Shown: one piece after another, positions 1-11,100 of the stretch | Layout: each line of letters begins with the position of its first letter | How positions within the stretch are numbered: position 1 is the stretch's first letter | Virus record (IMG/VR): IMGVR_UViG_3300042503_000983 | Coordinates: 8,943-72,942 of that record | Direction: 5' to 3' (one strand) | Length of the DNA stretch: 64,000 nucleotides | Source: a virus | Program-made: the position numbers and the translations under genes | Notes under the pieces: generated by a model | Database searches by the model: none | Seen by the model: the letters and a program-made list of their open reading frames with translations, nothing else | Told to the model about the DNA's origin: nothing

Positions 1-1
1 T

Positions 2-589
2 AGACCAGAACAAATTATAAACCTTTATGTGTGGGAGCAGTTTAAAACTTATGCTCCAGAATTTCACAGAATGTATGCCCCTGTAGTTGGAAATCAAAAT
101 CTTGCAATAGTTCCTTTCTTTCCATCTCCTGCATCAAATCTTCCAACTCCAGTTCTTGAAAATGATTTGCCATATATTGTATTTGATAAGTTTAGTAGAG
201 TCCGTGGAGGCTATAAATATTTCTACCCTATAAAGACTGACCAGATGAGGTATACGATCCATGGTGGCTCTCTGTGGGGCATTAACAAGTTCGAACAGGA
301 CAGGTTTGAGACTACATACAATCTAACTTCTTTAATACAAAATATCTTAGATAGAGAAGACGATGCTGGAAGAGATATTAATGAATTTGCTAAGACTTTG
401 CCAGGATATGCAGAGTCTAAAAATGGCAAAGACTTAAATCAATACTATTTTCATTGTGTAAATGTATATCAATCTGGATTTACAGATAATCAGCAAGATG
501 TGGCTGACTTTATGGAATATAATCCCACAAGAGATCTAATTATTAAGTATGATTACCATTCTCCACAATTTGGAGAAAGGTCAGTTTAA
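2..589 (+). CDS. Probable tail completion/terminator protein, 5'-truncated by the window
   Basis: Frame is open back to the window edge; lies directly upstream of the major tail protein. Confidence 0.45.
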   Translation, partial: RPEQIINLYVWEQFKTYAPEFHRMYAPVVGNQNLAIVPFFPSPASNLPTPVLENDLPYIVFDKFSRVRGGYKYFYPIKTDQMRYTIHGGSLWGINKFEQDRFETTYNLTSLIQNILDREDDAGRDINEFAKTLPGYAESKNGKDLNQYYFHCVNVYQSGFTDNQQDVADFMEYNPTRDLIIKYDYHSPQFGERSV

Positions 590-672
590 TAACTTTCATA
601 AACATAGTATATAATTAAGTTAGGAAACGCCAATGCCCTACAAATTTAAGACTAAAATTGAGGTGAAAAAAT

Positions 673-1353
673 ATGGCTAATCGTGGAAATTCCAATCAAA
701 TTATCGTTGGTGCAGCACAGTTGTTCGTTTCAACACAAGGTCCTCTAGAATGGGACAGTGCTGAAGAATACTATGCATTTAACGGAAGTGCCTCAGCAGG
801 TGTTCTTGACTTTGTTCCAGGACAGAAGTTTGCAGACACTCTTGAGTTGAATGACTCAGCAAGATGGAGAAACGTAGGCTACACCATGAACGGTCTGGAA
901 GTACAATTCCAGCCAGATTTTGGTGAGGTACAGGTTGATCAGCTTCTTGACGTTGCTAAGCTTTACAAGCAAGGTATGCAGGTTAACATGGTAACAGCAT
1001 TTGCTGAAGCTACTCTTGAAAACCTTGTTGTTGCAGTTGCAACTTCAGATGCTAACTACAATGATGATGACGCAGACGAGCTAACTCTAAATCTATCTGC
1101 AGGTGATATCGGTGAGGTTCCTTTGGAACGTGCACTTATCGCTGTAGGTCCAGGTTCTGGTGATCCAAACGCAACTGGTGAAGATGCAGTAGAGCGTGTA
1201 TACGTTGCTAACCGTGCTCTATCTATTGATAGCGTAACAGTTTCAGCAAAGCGTGATACTCCTTCTATGTACGAAGTATCGTTCCGTTTGCTTCCAGCTG
1301 GTAATGGCTCATACGGCAAGATCGTTGATCGTGTTGTAGGAACTACAGTATAA
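673..1353 (+). CDS. Major tail (tube) protein
   Basis: IIVGAAQLF...NVGYTMNGLEVQFQPDFGEVQVDQLLD resembles actinophage tail tube proteins; precedes chaperones and tape measure; GAGGTG RBS. Confidence 0.8.
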   Translation: MANRGNSNQIIVGAAQLFVSTQGPLEWDSAEEYYAFNGSASAGVLDFVPGQKFADTLELNDSARWRNVGYTMNGLEVQFQPDFGEVQVDQLLDVAKLYKQGMQVNMVTAFAEATLENLVVAVATSDANYNDDDADELTLNLSAGDIGEVPLERALIAVGPGSGDPNATGEDAVERVYVANRALSIDSVTVSAKRDTPSMYEVSFRLLPAGNGSYGKIVDRVVGTTV

Positions 1354-1370
1354 TAACTGAATAATAGATC

Positions 1371-1410
1371 TTGCCCACTCTCATTAATTTGAGGGTGGGT
1401 AATTTCTTTT
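1371..1410 (+). terminator. Intrinsic terminator
   Basis: TTGCCCACTCTCA/TGAGGGTGGGTAA stem followed by TTTCTTTT. Confidence 0.7.
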
Positions 1411-1457
1411 AACAAGGCTTCTATGATATAATTGAGTATATTCTATAGGAGGAATAA

Positions 1458-1793
1458 ATGGCAACTAGCGTATATGAAGTTGTAGAAGTAGAACTATTAG
1501 ATGGTTCTGCTATTTCTATGAAACCCCTAAAAATCTCTTTACTTAGAGATTTTATGAAAGAGTTTCAAAAAATTAGTGATCCAAAAATTGCAGAAGACAA
1601 TGTAAAGTCTATGGATCTTTTATTAAACTGTGCTGTAATTGCTATGAAGCAATACAACCCAGAACTGGCAACCAAAGAGCAGCTAGAAGAGCTCATTGAC
1701 TTGCCAACAGTGTACAAGGTTATTGAAGTGGCTGCAGGAATTAAGCTGAATGACCCAAACGCACTGGCAGCGGCTCTAGTTGGGACGAACTAG
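1458..1793 (+). CDS. Tail assembly chaperone (gpG-like)
   Basis: Position between tail tube and tape measure; AGGAGG RBS. Confidence 0.75.
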   Translation: MATSVYEVVEVELLDGSAISMKPLKISLLRDFMKEFQKISDPKIAEDNVKSMDLLLNCAVIAMKQYNPELATKEQLEELIDLPTVYKVIEVAAGIKLNDPNALAAALVGTN

Positions 1794-2125
1794 ATCTTGC
1801 TGAGATAGAATCAAGAGTATTTCTTCTGGGATTCTGGAAGAACTATTCTGAACTGGAGGACTCTATATCAATGCCCGAACTGGTAGCAATACTAGAAGCT
1901 AAAAATAGTCAAGAATATGAAAGTAGAAAATTCATGGCAGCTTTACAGGGCGTTGATTTAGATAGTTCAGATACGTCTAAGAATAAATGGGAAGAGATAA
2001 AGGCTAGAGCTTTTAGCAAAGGTGCTACATCGAATCCTAGAGACATTCTTGCCCTTCAAGGCAAAGCTGCACAACGTGCTGGCTTTGGAATTGGAAATGG
2101 CTTGGATTATGAGGTGGTTAATTAA
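1754..2125 (+). CDS. Tail assembly chaperone -1 frameshift extension (gpGT-like)
   Basis: Slippery heptamer C-CCA-AAC at 1754-1760; the -1 frame is open from 1754 to TAA 2125 (WDELDLAEIESRVFLLGFWKNYSELEDSISMPEL...). Confidence 0.75.
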   Translation, partial: PKRTGSGSSWDELDLAEIESRVFLLGFWKNYSELEDSISMPELVAILEAKNSQEYESRKFMAALQGVDLDSSDTSKNKWEEIKARAFSKGATSNPRDILALQGKAAQRAGFGIGNGLDYEVVN

Positions 2126-5100
2126 TGGCTGGAGTAGCTAAAGGCATTATTGATATCCAGATAAACACTGGGTCTGCTGCTGCTGAGCTAAAAAAGCTCC
2201 AACTACAAATTAACTCCTTTAATTCAGCCCTTTCCAAGGGAAATCTAGCCCAAGCTAAATTTGCTACTGACTATACAAGAGATCTTTCAAAAGCAATAAA
2301 TTCAACTGGAGTTTTTACTTCAGAGTTTGTAAAGTTAAACTCCGCTGCTGCAAATCTTGACAACACTTTAAAAAGAGGAAGAGGAACTTTAGGTCAATTT
2401 TTTAGTTCTGCATTTAATAGAAATAGTGCAGCGTTTGCAGAAACAATGTCTCTTGCAGCTAGAAGAGCTTCTACCTTGCAAACACAATTTATTTCAACTG
2501 GTGCTTCTGCACAAGGTATGGGTGAAGCTCTTGCAATTAGACCTCTAGATGCCTATGCCTCTAAAGCAGCAATTGCAGCAGAAAGACAAGCCCTTCTAAA
2601 TACAATGTTTAGACAGGGAACAACCCACATGATTAACTTTGGTAAAAATGTTCAGTGGGCTGGTCGTCAGCTTATGGTTGGCTTTACCGTACCTTTAACT
2701 GTTTTAGGAACAGTCGCAGGTAAAACCTTTATGGATATTGAAAAAGAATTAGTTAATCTTAAAAAGGTTTATGGAGATGCTTTTACAACTCCAGAAGAAG
2801 TAAATCAAAATATTGCACAAGTTAGACAACTTGCTGAAGAATATACAAAATATGGAATTGCAGTAAAAGATACTATTGGAATGGCTGCAAATGCAGCAGC
2901 TTCTGGTGCAAGAAATGCAGACTTAATAGATGCAACAAGACAAGCAACAAGACTAGCAACTCTTGGTCAGATGGAGCAGCAAGAAGCTTTAAAGACTACA
3001 ATAGCCCTGCAATCTGCTTTTAGACTTTCTGGAGAAGACCTTGCAGATACAATTAACTTTTTAAATATGGTTGAAAATCAAACAGTAGTTTCTTTGCAAG
3101 ACTTGTCTGCAGCAATTCCAAGAGTTGCCCCAGTTATTAAAGGTCTTGGTGGAGATGTACGAGACATGTCAGTATTCCTTGCAGCAATGCAAGAAGGTGG
3201 TGTTAGTGCAGAACAGGGTGCTAACGCACTAAAGTCTGGTCTTGCATCTTTAATTAATCCAACAAAAGCAGCAACAGAAACTTTGGGAAGTTTTGGAATT
3301 AATCTAGATAAGATAATTTCTACAAATCGTGGAGATTTGATGGGAACAGTATTTGCTTTTGGTGAGGCACTTAAAGGCTTGGATGATTTTTCAAAGCAAC
3401 AGGCATTAGAAAAAGTTTTTGGAAAGTATCAGTATGCAAGACTTGGAGCTTTGTTTGAAAATATTGTTAGAGATGGATCTCAAGCAAGTCAAGTTTTACA
3501 ATTAATGGAGTATGATGTTGCAGCATTAAAAACTACAGCAGAAAAAGAACTTAGTGCTGTAGAAAATGCTTTAGGAACACAGCTTATTGGAGCAGTAGAA
3601 AGATTAAAGCTATCTCTTGAACCAATTGGAGAGATATTTGTTAAACTTGCTATTCCTTTTGTAAATTTTCTTACAACTATTGTTGAAAAATTTAATGGGC
3701 TATCTGATGGTCAAAAGAAATTTGCAGCAATAGCAGCAGTCCTTGTTGGTGTCGTAATTCCTGCTGGAACAATGTTTCTTGGTCTTTTAATTAACTTGCT
3801 TGGAACACTTGGAAAAATTAGTCATGGAATTGCAATTTTCGTAAAGTCACTTATTAAGGGTGGTCCAATAGCAGCAATAAGAACACTTACGCAATCTACC
3901 AAATATTTATCAATTGAAGAACTAGAAGCAGCAACTGCTGCAAAGCAATTGTCATCTGCTACACATATTGCTAAAGCAGCAATGCTAGAACAGGCTACTT
4001 CTACAGATATTGCAAGAATAGCTGTGGCAAAGCTTACTGCAGAGTACAGAACTCTTATATCAGCACAGGCACAGGCAGCAGCATTTAATCCAGCATTTAA
4101 AACTGCAGGTATGGCAGGAGCTGCAGCAGGTGCAGGTAAAACTGGTTCTGTTACAGTTAGAGCCCTTAGAAGAAATGCTGGTGGACCAATATTTGTATCT
4201 GGAGAAACACAGGTTCCAGGAGTTGGAAATACTGACACCGTTCCAGCAATGCTTACTCCAGGAGAGTTTGTTGTAAACAAAGAGGCAACTGCAAAAAATT
4301 ATGCACTTCTTGATGCAATCAATAGTGGAAATAAATTTAATAAGGGCGGAATGATTCCTGGATACAATCTTGGATCAATGGTTTTAAGAAATAGTCAAGC
4401 AAGAAATCAGGCTATTAAGGAAAGATATCTTAGAATGTTTGGACCTGAAGCTCAGGCTAAAGGGATAAGTCTTGAAGAAAGATTTGGAAATCTTTCACTG
4501 CTATCAAGACAAGATCGTATTAAAAACCAAAGAGCTTTAAAACCAAAAAATGTGACAGCAAGACGAACATCGCCCAACCAACAAAGAGCTCAACAAGATG
4601 TACAGGAAGGACCTATTCGAAATGTTCAAAGCGTTGGTAACGCACCACAGAGTGTTATAGATGAACTAACGGCAGACTTGGTAGCACTAGGAGCTCCAGC
4701 TAATGTTATGGGTGAAAAGGCAAGACTTATCACTCCAACACCAAGATATAAAAGAGAGGGTCCAGCACTTGAGGGTGATACCAGCTATGGAAAAGAGTTT
4801 GACTTTAATAATAGTCTGAGGCGTGGAGTGAGCAACCCTAATCTTGGCGTTGCTAGAAAAGAAATGGAAGATCTTTTTGCACTAAATCCTCAACTTCATG
4901 GAACCTCAACTCCAGTCTCTCCATTTAAACACATATTAGATGAAGCTAACCTTGATCCTGCTCATTATTCAAGAATTGACTCAGCACTAAGATCTAAGGC
5001 TATAGAAATTGTTAAAAGGTCTCCAGAATCTCATAAATTTTCAGATCCTGAATACGGAAGAATTATTGTTGACTCATTAAGGGCAGCAAATCTTTCAACT

Positions 5101-8100
5101 ATTCTTCAAGAAAGATTGTTGTCTACAGCAAGAATAATGAATACAGAAATTGGTTCAAGATCAATGAAAAGGTTTGAACCATACATTAAGGATTCTATTA
5201 GATTTAGTGATACTGGTGGCATACATCCAAAGTTTGAACCTGTTCCAAATGCTCCTAGAGGTGGTACATACATATATACTGCAAGTGATGGAACACGAGT
5301 TGAAATAAATGCAGGACAGTCACGACCTATACCTGGAAGATTATCGTATTCAAATCAAAGATATAATGCAGGTCGCACATATAACAATGCACATGCAGAA
5401 GTTCAAGATTTTAATGCTGGTGGAGCTGTTGGAGGTATGCAATATTTTGGCAGAATGATGCCAAATCGTGTTGTTGCAAAAAACCAATTTGAAAAGTTCT
5501 CTGGAACAAAGATTGCAGAGTCAGAAGGACATAGTAGTAGGTTTAGAAGCCTAGCTGGAGTTTATGAGGTTAATGGCAGAAAAATGTTTGTTAAGCCATT
5601 TCAAACTCTTCAAGAAGCTCAGGCAGAATTAATTGGAAATGCGGCAAGAAGAGCAATTGCAGGAACTGCAACCCCTGGATCAAGAATTGTAAGAATGGAC
5701 GGTCCTGAAGGAGAAATATTTGCAACAACTGCTCCAATGATTCCAGGAATGAAATCAGGATCAACTCTTTCTACTAAAGAACTTGTCAAGCAAATTCCTG
5801 CCTCATCAATGCTTGGAGATATGGATGCAACAGCTGGAAATATTATTTCAACTCGTGGAGGAAGACTTGCAACAATTGATCCTGGTGCTGCAGGTGTTAA
5901 GCTAATTAGAAATTCAAAAGGTGTATTTAGAAGAGCTACTGGATCTGAAATTAGTTTTGGAAATGAAGCAACAAATACTGGAGCATATACAGCAAAAGCA
6001 ATTACACAGGTTATTGAAAAAACAGGGGCATCAAAAGACTTTGTTAAAATGCTTGGAGATTCTATTGCTCGTGAAAAATTAACTAAAGCACAATTTACAA
6101 AAATGTATGATGATGCTGTTGAGTCAGCTATTGCAAGAGTGTCTTCCTTTAAACTACCTTCTAGAATTGGAGATAGATCAAAATTAGATGAGTTAGCAAG
6201 AGCATCTGGATATAAAAATGCAGATGAAGCATACTCTGCAATTATGCTTAGAGACCTTACTTCAATTAGAGGTTTAAGTGGAGAGATATATACAAGTGCT
6301 TCAAGATTCCAAGGAGTGCTAAAGGCAAATAGTGGAACTCTTGTTCCAGGTGTAGGAAATACTGATACAGTTCCTGCAATGCTAACTCCTGGAGAGTTTG
6401 TAATTAATAAAGATGCTACTGCAAAAAATCTTCCTTTGCTACAGGCAATTAATAACGGAGAAACAAGAAGGTATGGTCTTGGAGACTATGTTAACCCTCT
6501 TGGTTCATTGACAAATGCTCAAAGAATAAAAGGAATTAGACCTTCAGCATCATACCAGCAATCAAGATCCGCCACTGGATACAATGTCTTTAGTGGAATG
6601 GGTTCTGCTGAAAAAATTGCACCAGTCCAGGCAGCATTAAAAACAGGTCCAAAATATATATTAGACGCATATAAAGAATCTGGAAAAGCAATTTCAGATG
6701 CAGCCAAACCAATGTTAACTTCTTTTAAAGATACAAGTAAGTCTGTTGCAAATGGAGCAAATAATTTAAAAAATTCTATTAAAGATTATGGAAAATGGAA
6801 TGTTGTTCCAAGAATGCAAGATGCAAAACAGGCTGTGGCAAACACAAGGGCAGCTATGGGAACTCCTGAAGCAAAGGCTCTTAGAGCAGAAAGAATGCAA
6901 AAAGCTGGTCAAGGAATGATGATGGCTTCAATGATTCCAATGATGGCTTCAGGTTTTGTAGAAGATCCAAAGCAACAGCAAATGATGATGGCTGCTGGAG
7001 GTGCTATGGCTATTCTTCCAATGCTTCAACAGTTTGGTCCAATTTTAGGAGGACTAACCCTAGCAGTAGGAGCTGCTGCTGCAGGATTCTTAATGTTTAA
7101 AAAGGATATGGATAATACTGCTAAATCAGCTGCAGAATTTGGGTCAAACCTTGGTGGGGCAGCAAATAGAATGGAAACAATTAGTGCTGCAACTGGTTAT
7201 GGATTTGCGTCAACAAGATCTTCAGTACAAGACTTTAGATTTACAGAAGAGCAGTCACAAGGTGCTGCTGAAATGATGCCTTTCTTTGATACTGATGAGG
7301 GTAAAAAGCTTGTAGAAGACTTAAAGGGTGCTTCTTCTGAAGAAAGGTATGAGAAAGTTGCATCAATGCTAACATTTGCAATAGCAGATGGAATGGATCC
7401 TAAAAAAGCAGAGTCTTTTGGATCTGCAATAGCTTTTGCATTAGACGATTCATTATTAAAATCAAAAACAGTAGCTCTTATTAGATCTGGAAGGCTTCAA
7501 AGTGGATCTCAAGCAATGATTAGTGAAATTTCTAAAAGACAGGCAGCTGCAGACTCTTCAACGGTTTCAGATTTTGAAAAAGCAAAAGCTGAAGAGGCAA
7601 AAAGAAATAATACTGCTGGAACTAGTTCCAATGTAAAGTATGGAGGAATTGGGTTAGCTGCAGGTTTAGGTGCAGGAGTTGCAATCGCTGCATCAACTGC
7701 AAAGCTAGCAGCAATGGGTGGTGCAATAGGATCAGTAGTTCCAGTTGTTGGAACTGCTGTTGGTGCTGTAGCTGGTGCTGTAGTTGGATTAGTGGCTGGT
7801 ATAGCAGTTTACAATCTAGCAATAAAAAATCAACAAAAACAGGTTGCAGAGTCATCCAAATCATTTGGAGCAACTATTCAAACATTAAAAGAATTAAACA
7901 ATGCCGAATCTTTATTAAATGAAGAAAGGTCTAAAGGATTAATAACAGATACTCAGTTCGAATCTTCTTTAAAACAAATTAATGAAATGAGACAAGTTGA
8001 GTATGAAAGAGTTAAGAAGGCTATAGACATTGGAGCAAGTGCAGATGCACAGGCACAAGGAATTAAAGACCAGTTAGTGCTTTCTGGATTTAAGGGAGAT

Positions 8101-11100
8101 ACTGCTCAGGCAGTTGCATCTAATGTAACAACTGATAGTATTTCAAATAAGCTGTTCCAAAAAGATATGGACAAGCTAGATCAAGCTCAAAAAGATGTAG
8201 TAACTGGAATTATGGCAAGCACTTTGGATGGAATAACTGAAGAAAATGCTGGAGCAAAAATTGGAGACATAACAGACATCTATGCAAAAATAGCAGATGA
8301 ACTAGTTACAGCAGCAGCAGATGGCTTAACCTCAGAAGAAATTAGGGCTGAAGCAGAAAAGGAACAAATTAGAAAGTTTGCTGAATCTGCAGCATCTAAT
8401 CTTGTGAACCTAACTCCTGAACAACAGGCTGCAAGAGCAAATACTATGGCAAGCAATGTTAGTGCTGCACTTCCTAATGTAAATAAGATGGGTGTCACTA
8501 CTTCTCAACTAGTAAGTGGAATTTCAGGGGTAAGTGCAGAAGATCAAGCAAAGATAACAGAGTCAACTGCTAATGTTGAAAAATTTGCACAGCTTTTAAA
8601 TAGTCTTCCAGAAGGATATGACCTATCTCTAGCAATGGAATATTTCTCTGGAGATAATAAAGAACAAGATGTAGATGCATTCTATAAAACACAAAAAGAT
8701 GCTATTGATAAAATTGCAGAACTTATGCCAAAGGGAGCAGATGCTCAGGCAATCTATACCGCACTCAAAGGACCTGGAAAAGATCCAGTTAAAGAGTTAG
8801 AGGCTGCAAATAAAAAAGCTCAAGAAATGTTTGATTCTCTAGGTGGAGATGAAGCTAAAGTAAAGAGCGTTGTATTTGAAAGTACTGGGTACGACATGAC
8901 ACAGGCAGAAGTAGATGCCTTTGGTGCACTTCCTGCAAGTGAGCAAAAATCATATTTAGCATCATTTACCATTGCAACTATGTCAGTTGGAAATGCACCA
9001 ACTATTCCTCAGTCAGGAGCTCCTGCAGAAATGTCAGCCTACTACAAGAGACTAGAGGTTTGGAAAAAAGCTGTAGCAGATCAACAAAAAGCTATCCAGT
9101 CAGTAATTCCTCAGACAGTTGTTAATACTGATGACAACGGTAGTAGCTCTGGCGGAACAAAGCCTCCTAGCAAAAAGGCTCAAGCAAAAACTTTCTTAAA
9201 AGATGCTACTACGAATAACAAAGTTCTTAAAAATTACACAAACCTAGTTAAAGGTGCTGCAACAGCTAACAATATAGAAGCCCTTAGCATGATTCCTCAA
9301 GATGTATACATGAATCTTTCTACTGAAAATAGAAAGAAATTGATTAAAGAAATGCAAAAGCAAATTGCGTATCAACAAAGATTAAATGCAGTAACAGTTT
9401 TAGCAGAAACTCAAAAAGCTACAGCAGATATGAAAAAATATTCAAAAGCACTTAACTCTTTGGGTGTTGTAATAACTTCAGATATCGAAGGAATGATTGA
9501 CCAGAAAGCATTCCTTGCTATGACTACTGAAGAAAGAAAGGCATACATTGCAGAGCTGAATAAACAATCAGTAGCACAAGCTAAGCTAGCAGCAACTATG
9601 GCACTTGCAGATGCCAAAAAACAAACTAGCGATATGCAAAAATATTCTGCTGCACTAGGTGGACTAGGTGTTGCAATAAGCTCAGACATTGAAGGAATGA
9701 TTGATCAAAAAGCATTCCTTGCTATGAACACTGCTCAAAGAAAAGCATATATTGCAGAGCTAAATAAGCAGACTTTGGCACAGGCTAAGCTAGCAGCTGC
9801 AATGGAAATTACAGACATGCAACAACAAACTCAAGAAATGCAAAATTACTTTAATGCAATTTCTCCAATCGCTGCTGCTGCTGGGGCAGAAGTTTTGGGA
9901 ATGATAGATACAGAAAAGTATCTTGCAATGACTACTACACAAAGGGAGGAATATGTAAAACAGCTAACTTCTCAGCTAAATGTTCAAAGAGCACTTGATT
10001 ATTTAACACAGACTTCTCAAGAAAGAACAATGGATGCAATAGATGCAGAATCTTCAGCAATAAATATTAAGAATTCTGCATTACAAAACTCCCTTTCTGG
10101 AATGGAAAGAGAAAATGAGTTAATACAACGTCAAATAAGTTTAAGAAACCATGCTCTTGATTTGTTAGCAAAAGAAGAAGAAAAGATTAATACAACTTAT
10201 GATGATAGAGTAAAGGCTCTTGATAAGGTTGCTAATGCAAATGATAGAATTGCTCAAAAAGATCGTTCAAGATTAGACCTAGCTTCAGCACTTGCATCTG
10301 GAGATATTTCTGCTGCAGCAGGTGCAGCAAGTGCAATGCAACAAGAAGAGGCACAGTTTAGAATTGAGGACGCAAGGGCAGCACTTGAAGCAAAAAGACA
10401 AAAAGAACTTGAATCGTTAACAGTTTCTGTAAATGGTGTAATGATGACAAGAAAGCAAATTACAGAACAAATATCTCAGTTTGGTGAGACTATTTACAAA
10501 AATGAACAAGACATGATTTTAATTCAAGACCAACTTTATGCTAACTCTCTTGCACAAAAAGTACTAGATGATCAAAGAATGAAGTTAGAACAGCAAGTTT
10601 TGTTAATAAAAATGAGACAAAATATTGAAGCCTTAAGAGCACAGGGGTTAACTGGTCAAGCTTTAATAGATTTTCAAAATTATATTGATGCCTATAATAC
10701 CCTTCAGGCAGCAGCTGCAGCAGCTGACATTGGAAATCCTGGAGCTGCTGCAAATACAACATTGGGTGCTGGTGGCGGAGGAGGAGCTGCTGCAGTAATT
10801 GCTGCTCCAACTCCTGTAGCTGCTGTAACTCCAGTAACTCCACCACCACCGCCTCCTCCACCACCGCCTCCTCCACCACCTCCACCGCCACCACCTCCAC
10901 CGCCACCACCGCCACCACCACCTGTTTATAGCTATTATACAAAAGCTCAATTCAATGCTGGAATAAAAGACTCAAAAGTTTCTTATGGAAATGGAAGTGA
11001 GCAGCATTACATAGCCAGAAAGTTGGGCTATTCGAATCCAACTGCTAGAACAGTAAAAGCAGACGAGATGGACAATGTTTATTGGGCTCTTTCAGAAGCA

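Noticed and set aside
10541-10950. Antisense ORFs with W/R-rich or V/E-rich repeats
   Set aside because: Shadows of the polyproline codon run in the TMP
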